Made by a program: the position numbers and the translations under genes. Of a stretch of 41,272 nt of DNA, positions 34,272-41,272 are shown one piece after another. Positions within the stretch are counted from its first letter, which is position 1. Each line of letters begins with the position of its first letter. Source of the stretch: Thauera sp. (lineage in GTDB: Bacteria; Pseudomonadota; Gammaproteobacteria; Burkholderiales; Rhodocyclaceae); contig JAGOEI010000004.1 in assembly GCA_017997795.1 (NCBI GenBank), positions 1 through 41,272 of the forward strand, written 5' to 3'. The notes below the pieces were generated by a model that had not been told where the DNA came from, searched no databases, and saw only the letters and a list, made by a program, of their open reading frames with translations.

Positions 34272-35399
34272 ATGCGTTTTCTGATTGCCGTACTCGTTTC
34301 GCTGTTTTCCCTGAGCGCGCTGGCGCAGTCGGTGCCCGCGCCGGCGCTCGCCGCCAACGCCTGGGTGCTGGTCGACCACGCCACCGGCCAGGTGCTGGCC
34401 GGCAAGGATCCCGATGCCCGCATCGAGCCGGCCTCGCTGACCAAGCTGATGACGGCTTATCTGACCTTCGCTGCGCTCAAGGCCGGCACGATCACGCCCG
34501 ACCAGGTGGTGCCGGTGTCGACCAAGGCGTGGCGCATGGAAGGCTCGCGCATGTTCATCGAGCCGAACAAGCCGGTCACCGTCGACGAGCTGATCCGTGG
34601 CGTCATCGTGCAGTCCGGCAACGACGCCTGCGTCGCGCTCGCCGAGACCATCGCCGGCAGCGAGGAAGCCTTCGCTGCGCTGATGAACCGCGAGGCCCAG
34701 CGCCTGGGCATGGTCAACACCAACTTCACCAACTCCACCGGCCTGCCCGACCCGCAGCTCTACACCTCCGCCAACGATCTCGCGCGCCTGGCCGCGGCGA
34801 TCGTGCGCGACTTCCCCGAGTACTACAGCCTGTATTCGCTCAAGGAATTCACCTACAACAACATCAAGCAGCCCAACCGCAACCGCCTGCTGTACATGGA
34901 CCCGACGGTCGACGGCATGAAGACCGGCCACACCAGCAGCGCCGGCTATTGCCTGGTGTCGACCGCCCAGCGTGGCGAGCGCCGCCTGATCTCGGTGGTG
35001 CTCGGCGCCGCGTCCGACACCGTGCGTGCGCAGGAGTCGCTCAAGCTGCTCAATTTCGGCTTCCAGTTCTACGAGACGGTGAAGCTGTATGCGGCCGACC
35101 AGGCGCTGGCGCAGTTCCGGGTGTGGAAGGGCCAGATCAACGAATTGCCCGTCGGCTTCACGCGCGACTTCGTGATGTCGCTGCCCAAGGAGTCGGCCGA
35201 CAAGATCCAGGTCACGCTCGAGAGCCGCCAGCCGCTGGTCGCCCCGATCGAGAAGGGCCAGGAAGTCGGCACGCTGGCCCTCACCGTGGACGGCAAGCCC
35301 TACGGCCAGTATCCGGTGCTTGCGCTGCAGGACGTGCCGGTGGCGGGCTTCTTCGGCCGCCTGTGGGACGCCATCGTGATGTTCTTCAAGAGCCTTTGA
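34272..35399 (+). CDS. dacA: D-alanyl-D-alanine carboxypeptidase (PBP5/6 family)
   Basis: Signal peptide; PASLTK (SxxK), QSGNDA (SxN), MKTGHT (KTG); ATG 34272. dacA versus dacC cannot be resolved. Confidence 0.92.
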   Translation: MRFLIAVLVSLFSLSALAQSVPAPALAANAWVLVDHATGQVLAGKDPDARIEPASLTKLMTAYLTFAALKAGTITPDQVVPVSTKAWRMEGSRMFIEPNKPVTVDELIRGVIVQSGNDACVALAETIAGSEEAFAALMNREAQRLGMVNTNFTNSTGLPDPQLYTSANDLARLAAAIVRDFPEYYSLYSLKEFTYNNIKQPNRNRLLYMDPTVDGMKTGHTSSAGYCLVSTAQRGERRLISVVLGAASDTVRAQESLKLLNFGFQFYETVKLYAADQALAQFRVWKGQINELPVGFTRDFVMSLPKESADKIQVTLESRQPLVAPIEKGQEVGTLALTVDGKPYGQYPVLALQDVPVAGFFGRLWDAIVMFFKSL

Positions 35400-35418
35400 T
35401 CCTTCCCGGGAGGACGAC

Positions 35419-36279
35419 GTGATCACTGCCTATGTCGATGGTGCCTTCCTGCCGCTCGCGGAGGCGCGCGTGTCGCCGATGGACCGCGGTTTCCTGTTCG
35501 GCGACGGCGCCTACGAGGTCATCCCGGTGTATTCGCGCCGCGCCTTCCGCCTCGACGAGCACGTCGCGCGGCTGGGCAACACGCTGGCGGCGATGCGCCT
35601 GGCCAATCCGCACGGCGCGGACGAATGGAAGGCGATCATCCTCGAGATCGTCGCCCGCAACCCGTGGGACGACCAGTCGGTGTACCTGCAGGTCACCCGC
35701 GGCGCCGACACCAAGCGCAACCACGCCTTCCCCGGGCCCGAGGTCAAGCCCACGGTGTTCCTGATGAGCGAGCCGCTGGTGACGCCGAGCGCCGAGCAGC
35801 TCGCCAGCGGCATCGCCGCGGTCAGCGCCGCCGACATCCGCTGGCTGCGCTGCGACCTCAAGACGGTGTCGATGCTCGCCAACTGCCTGCTGCGCCAGCA
35901 CGCGATCGACCACGGCTGCATGGAAACCGTGCTGTTCCGTGACAGCTTCCTCACCGAAGGCGCCGCCTCCAGCATCTTCGTGTGCAAGGACGGCGTGCTG
36001 CTGGTGCCGCCCAAGAGCCACCTGATGCTGCCCGGCGTCACCTACGACGTGGTGCTCGAGCTTGCCCGCAGCCACGGCATGAAGCACGAGGTGCGCGAGG
36101 TGCTGGAAGCCGAGGTGCGCAGCGCCGACGAGCTGTGGATGACCTCGTCCACCAAGGAAGTGCTGCCGATCACGTCGCTCGATGGCCGCGCGGTGGGCGA
36201 CGGCAAGCCCGGACCGATGGGGCGCCAGATGTACGCCTGGTACCAGGACTTCAAGAACACGGTGATGCGCAATGGCTGA
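35419..36279 (+). CDS. dat: D-amino acid aminotransferase (PLP fold IV)
   Basis: DRGFLFGDGAYEV, YLQVTRG, RNHAFP, RWLRCDLK, TEGAASS, LPGVT, TSSTKEVLP. Confidence 0.88.
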   Translation: MITAYVDGAFLPLAEARVSPMDRGFLFGDGAYEVIPVYSRRAFRLDEHVARLGNTLAAMRLANPHGADEWKAIILEIVARNPWDDQSVYLQVTRGADTKRNHAFPGPEVKPTVFLMSEPLVTPSAEQLASGIAAVSAADIRWLRCDLKTVSMLANCLLRQHAIDHGCMETVLFRDSFLTEGAASSIFVCKDGVLLVPPKSHLMLPGVTYDVVLELARSHGMKHEVREVLEAEVRSADELWMTSSTKEVLPITSLDGRAVGDGKPGPMGRQMYAWYQDFKNTVMRNG

Positions 36280-36556
36280 GCAGCAAGGCGCGCCGACGCG
36301 CCAGACCCTGATCGAATATCCCTGCGACTTCCCGATCAAGATCATGGGCGCCCGCGTCGATGGCTTTGCCCAGGCGGTGATCGAGGTCGTGCTGCGCCAC
36401 GCGCCCGACTTCGAGCCCGCCGGCGCCGAGATGCGGCCGTCGAGCAAGGGCAACTACCTGGCGGTGACCTGCACCTTCCGCGCGCTGTCGCAGGCGCAGG
36501 TCGATGCCCTGTACCGCGAGCTGACCTCGCACCCGATGGTCAAGGTGGTGCTGTGA
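36272..36556 (+). CDS. ybeD: YbeD / DUF493 family protein
   Basis: [35 protein letters not shown]. Confidence 0.93.
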   Translation: MAEQQGAPTRQTLIEYPCDFPIKIMGARVDGFAQAVIEVVLRHAPDFEPAGAEMRPSSKGNYLAVTCTFRALSQAQVDALYRELTSHPMVKVVL

Positions 36557-37245
36557 TCGTCAAGCGCCTCGGCCTGGTGGAGTACGCGCCGGCGCTCGAG
36601 GCGATGCGCGTGTTCACCGCCGGGCGGGACGACGACACGCCCGACGAGATCTGGCTGCTGCAGCACCCGCCGGTCTACACCCTGGGCCAGGCCGGCAAGC
36701 CCGAGCACCTGCTGCAGAACCCCGCCGACATCCCGCTGGTGCACATCGACCGCGGCGGGCAGATCACCTACCACGGCCCCGGCCAACTGGTGGCCTACCT
36801 GCTGCTCGACCTGCCGCGGCGCAAGCTCAAGGTGCGCGAGCTGGTGCACCTGATGGAGCAGGCGATCATCGACACCCTGGCCGACTACGGCCTCACCGCC
36901 GTGCGCAAGGACGGCGCGCCCGGCGTGTACATCGCCGGCGACAAGATCGCCGCGCTTGGCCTGCGGGTGAAGAACGGCTGCAGCTACCACGGCCTGGCGA
37001 TCAACGTGGACGCCGACCTCGCCCCCTTCGGCTGGATCAACCCCTGCGGCTACGAAGGCCTCAAGACCATCCGCATGAAGGACTTCGGTATCGACACCAG
37101 CGTCGAGGCGGTCGGCGAATGTCTGCTCGGCCACCTGCAGCGCCTGCTGCCGCCGCGACGCCCGACCCCGGCGCCGGACATTGGGGAAACCGATAACGCG
37201 AATCCGCCGGCCGAGCCTGCCGCCGCGGTCCGTGCCGGGTCATAA
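36553..37245 (+). CDS. lipB: Octanoyltransferase LipB
   Basis: [43 protein letters not shown]. Confidence 0.97.
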   Translation: MIVKRLGLVEYAPALEAMRVFTAGRDDDTPDEIWLLQHPPVYTLGQAGKPEHLLQNPADIPLVHIDRGGQITYHGPGQLVAYLLLDLPRRKLKVRELVHLMEQAIIDTLADYGLTAVRKDGAPGVYIAGDKIAALGLRVKNGCSYHGLAINVDADLAPFGWINPCGYEGLKTIRMKDFGIDTSVEAVGECLLGHLQRLLPPRRPTPAPDIGETDNANPPAEPAAAVRAGS

Positions 37246-37311
37246 TCGCGTCCTTGGCCCACGACCGGCTCGAACACCTTTCCCACCGGAAACCCACAGA
37301 GAACAGCGACC

Positions 37312-38259
37312 ATGGAAACCCCAGCGCGCAAGCAGCGCGGCGCCGACAAGACCGCCCGCATCCCGATCAAGATCGTCCCCGCCGAACGCCTCAAGAAGCC
37401 CGAGTGGATCCGCATCAAGCTCGGTGCCGGCCAGGAGGCCGAGCGCTTCAACGAGATCAAGGACACGCTGCGCGAGCACAAGCTGCACACCGTGTGCGAG
37501 GAAGCCTCCTGCCCGAACATTCACGAATGCTTCGGCAAGGGCACGGCCACCTTCATGATCATGGGCGACATCTGCACCCGCCGCTGCCCCTTCTGCGACG
37601 TCGGCCACGGCCGCCCCGAGCCGCTCAACGTCAATGAGCCCGCCGACCTCGCCAAGACCATCGCCGCGATGCGCCTCAATTACGTGGTGATCACCTCGGT
37701 GGACCGCGACGACCTGCGCGACGGCGGCGCCCAGCACTTCGTCGACTGCATCCGCGAGACGCGCGCCGCCTCGCCGAGCACCCGCATCGAGGTGCTGGTG
37801 CCCGACTTCCGCGGGCGCATGGAGATCGCGCTCGACATCTTCGACGCCGCGCCGCCCGACGTCATGAACCACAACCTCGAGACCGTGCCGCGCCTGTACA
37901 AGCAGGCGCGCCCGGGTTCGGACTACGCGTATTCGCTCGAGCTGCTCAAGCAGTTCAAGGCGCGCCACCCCGAGGTGCCGACCAAGTCCGGCCTGATGGT
38001 CGGCCTGGGCGAGACCGACGACGAGATCCTCGAGGTCATGCGCGACATGCGTGCCCACGACGTCGAGATGCTCACCATCGGCCAGTACCTGCAGCCCTCC
38101 GGCGGCCACCTGCCCGTGCTGCGCTACGTGCATCCGGACACCTTCAAGATGTTCGAGACCGAGGCGCTGAAGATGGGCTTCAAGAACGCCGCCTGCGGGC
38201 CGATGGTGCGCTCGAGCTACTGGGCCGACCAGCAGGCGCACGGCGCAGGCGTGGTGTGA
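37312..38259 (+). CDS. lipA: Lipoyl synthase LipA (radical SAM)
   Basis: [33 protein letters not shown]. Confidence 0.98.
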   Translation: METPARKQRGADKTARIPIKIVPAERLKKPEWIRIKLGAGQEAERFNEIKDTLREHKLHTVCEEASCPNIHECFGKGTATFMIMGDICTRRCPFCDVGHGRPEPLNVNEPADLAKTIAAMRLNYVVITSVDRDDLRDGGAQHFVDCIRETRAASPSTRIEVLVPDFRGRMEIALDIFDAAPPDVMNHNLETVPRLYKQARPGSDYAYSLELLKQFKARHPEVPTKSGLMVGLGETDDEILEVMRDMRAHDVEMLTIGQYLQPSGGHLPVLRYVHPDTFKMFETEALKMGFKNAACGPMVRSSYWADQQAHGAGVV

Positions 38260-38260
38260 C

Positions 38261-38983
38261 GTGGCGGAGGGCCGGATCGGCATCGTCCCGGCGCTGATCC
38301 TCGCCGCCGGCATCGCCTTTGCCGGCATGCAGGTGGCCAAGGGTATCGAGCGCTTCCGCATGGCCGAGCGCACCATCACCGTGAAGGGCTTGGCCGAGCG
38401 TGACGTGAAGAGCGACTTCGCGGTGTGGACGCTCGCCTTCCGCCGCGCTGAAAACGAGTTCGGCCGCGTGCAGCAGGCGCTCACCGCCGATCGCGAGCGC
38501 GTACTGGCCTTCCTGCGCGAGCAGGGCTTCACCGACGATGAGGTCGAGGCGCGCCCGCTGCAGGTGCAGGATCTGCTTGCGCGCGAGTACGGTTCGGAAC
38601 GCGTCGCGCTGCGCTTCAACGGCCAGGGCCAGGTGGTGGTGAAGTCGGCGCGGGTCGACCTGGTGGCGGCGGCATCGAACCGTGTCGACCCGCTCATCGA
38701 GGCCGGCATCCAGCTCGGTGGCGAGGGCGCCGATGGCGCGCCGCGCTACCAGTTGCGCGGCTTCAACGACATCAAGCCGATGCTGCTCGAGGAGGCCACG
38801 CTGAGCGCGCGCGAGCAGGCACGCAAGTTCGCTGCCGATGCCGGCGCCACCCTGGGCCCGCTGCGCAGTGCCAACCAGGGCACGATCCGCATCCTCGACG
38901 ATGACGGCTCCGAGATGGACAGCTCGCGCACGATCGGCAAGCGTCTGCGCGTGGTCAGCACCTTCGAATTCACCCTGCAGTGA
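38261..38983 (+). CDS. SIMPL (DUF541) domain-containing protein
   Basis: N-terminal TM, RTITVKGLAERDVKSD, A..QA.KFA.DAG..LG.LRSANQG.I.I, KRLRVVST. Confidence 0.88.
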   Translation: MAEGRIGIVPALILAAGIAFAGMQVAKGIERFRMAERTITVKGLAERDVKSDFAVWTLAFRRAENEFGRVQQALTADRERVLAFLREQGFTDDEVEARPLQVQDLLAREYGSERVALRFNGQGQVVVKSARVDLVAAASNRVDPLIEAGIQLGGEGADGAPRYQLRGFNDIKPMLLEEATLSAREQARKFAADAGATLGPLRSANQGTIRILDDDGSEMDSSRTIGKRLRVVSTFEFTLQ

Positions 38984-39101
38984 CCGCTACGGAGTGAGAC
39001 GCGGCTCGCGCACTCGGTATCCGCGTCGCGCTCGTCCGTTTGCCTGTGCGGCGTGAAGTCCGCAGCGAGCCCTGTCTGCCAGGCGCGCAGCAGATTCGCA
39101 C

Positions 39102-39749
39102 CTACGGGCAGCCCTTGCACCCGTCCATCTGCGCGTTGAGGAAGATCGCCTGGTCCAGGTTTGCCCCGGTCAGGTCGGCATTGACGAGCTGCGCGCGGGT
39201 GAAGTTGGCGCCCTGCAGGTTGGCGCCGACGAAGGACGCGCCATTGAGCTTGGCGGCGCGCAGGTTGGTGCGCGGCAGCTCGGCGCCGTCGAAGCGGGTG
39301 CGCTCGGCGCGCGCGTTGGTCAGGTCGGCGCCGCCGAGCTGGGCGGCGGACAGATCCGCGTCGTGCAGGTCGGCGTTCTGCAGGATGGCGTTGCGCAGGT
39401 TCGCGCCCTTCAGGCTGGCACCGGTGAGGCGCGTGCCGCGCAGGTTGGTGCGCAGCATCGAGGCCTCGTCCAGCGTCGCGCCGACCATCTCGGCCTGCGA
39501 GAAGTTTGCCTCGTTCAGCGTCGCGCCGCGCAGCCTGGCGCCGGACAGGTCCGAGCGGGTGAACTGCGAGTTGGCCAGATTCACACCTTCCAGGTTCGCC
39601 CCGTTCAGGTTCATGTTGGTGCACAAGGTGCCGCGGCGGATGTCGCAGCCACCGATGTTGCCCGCGCGCTGCGCGTCGGCGGGTGGCGCGGGCAGGAAGA
39701 GGGCGGCGGCGGAAAGGGTGAGGAGCAGCGCAGGGCGGATCAAGGGCAT
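39102..39749 (-). CDS. Secreted pentapeptide-repeat protein (about 34 repeats) with N- and C-terminal Cys pairs, PedD-like
   Basis: Signal peptide ending PADA; uninterrupted (N/D/x)L.GA-type 5-mers; IGGCDIRRGTLC and GCKGCP termini. Confidence 0.9.
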   Translation of the reverse strand: MPLIRPALLLTLSAAALFLPAPPADAQRAGNIGGCDIRRGTLCTNMNLNGANLEGVNLANSQFTRSDLSGARLRGATLNEANFSQAEMVGATLDEASMLRTNLRGTRLTGASLKGANLRNAILQNADLHDADLSAAQLGGADLTNARAERTRFDGAELPRTNLRAAKLNGASFVGANLQGANFTRAQLVNADLTGANLDQAIFLNAQMDGCKGCP

Positions 39750-39793
39750 GGCCGGTCGTGTTCTGGTTGGGTCGATGATCCGACAGTGGGAAA

Positions 39794-40297
39794 TCAGGCC
39801 GGTTCGGCGAGCAGCTTGTCGATCAGCGCATGCAGCTCGTCGAAGTCGGGTTCGCCGAGGACCTTCAGCACGATCTCGCCGCGTTTGTTGAGGATGAAGC
39901 TGGTCGGCGTCAGGCGCACGTCATCGAAGCTGCGCGCGATGCTGCCGTCGCGGTCGAGGACGAAGGTGAACGGCAGCGGGTTGAGCCCGACGAAGGCGCC
40001 GACGCGGGCGGGCGGGTCGTAGTCCATCGCCACGGCGATCGTGCGGTAGCCGCGTGCCTGGAACTTGTCCTGCATCGCCTTCAGCGCCGGCATCTCCTCG
40101 ATGCAGACGCCGCAGGTCGTCGCCCAGAAATTCACCAGCACCACCTGCCCGCGCAGGTCCGCGGTGCGAAAGCGCTGCCCCTGCATCGTGGTGAAGGCGA
40201 CATCGGGGGCAGCGGGCTTCTGCGTGGCTACGACGGTGCCGGCGACGGCGACGGCGAGGACGAGGACCGCTGCCGCGGCCAGGATCTTGAGTTTCAT
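39794..40297 (-). CDS. TlpA/ResA-family thiol:disulfide oxidoreductase
   Basis: N-terminal anchor, LVNFWATTCGVCIEEMP (CxxC), cis-Pro loop LTPTSF. Confidence 0.92.
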   Translation of the reverse strand: MKLKILAAAAVLVLAVAVAGTVVATQKPAAPDVAFTTMQGQRFRTADLRGQVVLVNFWATTCGVCIEEMPALKAMQDKFQARGYRTIAVAMDYDPPARVGAFVGLNPLPFTFVLDRDGSIARSFDDVRLTPTSFILNKRGEIVLKVLGEPDFDELHALIDKLLAEPA

Positions 40298-40555
40298 GAC
40301 GCAATCCGGATGGGGTCGTTGCCGGCGCGAACGCCAGCGAATGCGCGGCGATTGTGCGTGAGCCTCCGTAACTTGTCACCCGCAGCCACGAGCTGCCCGA
40401 TGGTGAGCGGACAACACGCCTGCGGACAGGTGCCGAATGGATTGCGTGCAAGCGGATCCGTGCCCACACGTTGATCGAGGCGTGGGCAGATGGCTCGGCG
40501 CCCGATCTGTAACGGTGGCGACCCCACCGCGGGCGATCGACTAGAATTGCAGCCC

Positions 40556-40582
40556 GCCACCCGCCCGGGTGGCTTCGTTTTT
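40556..40582 (+). terminator. Terminator-like hairpin immediately upstream of rep
   Basis: GCCACCC-gccc-GGGTGGC-TTCGTTTTT, 8 nt after TAGAAT (40542-40547). Confidence 0.45.
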
Positions 40583-40595
40583 CAGTGCCGCCACG

Positions 40596-41272
<677 letters not shown>

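Noticed and set aside
39102-39749. Qnr/MfpA-type quinolone-resistance gene, or a DNA tandem repeat/CRISPR suggested by the 15-bp periodicity
   Set aside because: The protein has a signal peptide, so it would not reach gyrase. The periodicity comes from the encoded pentapeptides, with no identical repeats or spacers.
40403-40416. lac-operator-like GTGAGCGGACAACA
   Set aside because: Partial match only, no dyad symmetry, no LacI-family or sugar genes nearby, and no vector context.

Overview
GC-rich betaproteobacterial chromosome segment. Gene order and protein style suggest Rhodocyclales (Thauera-like); this is an inference, no search was run. The window is almost entirely core genome. In order: 3' end of a PBP-domain (ModE/FdsR-like) regulator; mnmG-rsmG-parA-parB; an inverted MFS transporter; the complete atpIBEFHAGDC operon; a DUF971-ubiE-Tim44-ubiJ cluster lacking ubiB; phoBR with a well-placed Pho box; a minus-strand run of yeeE, yafJ-like amidotransferase, HIT and a FimW/PilZ-like gene; gatC-gatA-(Cys-rich lipoprotein)-gatB; mreBCD-mrdA-rodA-rlpA-dac-dat-ybeD-lipB-lipA-SIMPL; a TlpA plus secreted pentapeptide-repeat protein pair; and the 5' part of rep. 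I found no phage, IS, CRISPR, rRNA, tRNA or defence island, and cannot claim a clearly new multi-gene system. Best leads: (i) the TlpA + Cys-capped periplasmic pentapeptide-repeat pair, (ii) a FimW-like protein with split PilZ motifs, (iii) a 6-Cys lipoprotein inside the gat operon, (iv) a 28-codon ORF coupled at both ends between mnmG and rsmG, (v) GTRG-type REP/REPIN elements, one interrupted by 10 bp, and (vi) a palindromic operator upstream of a stand-alone yeeE.
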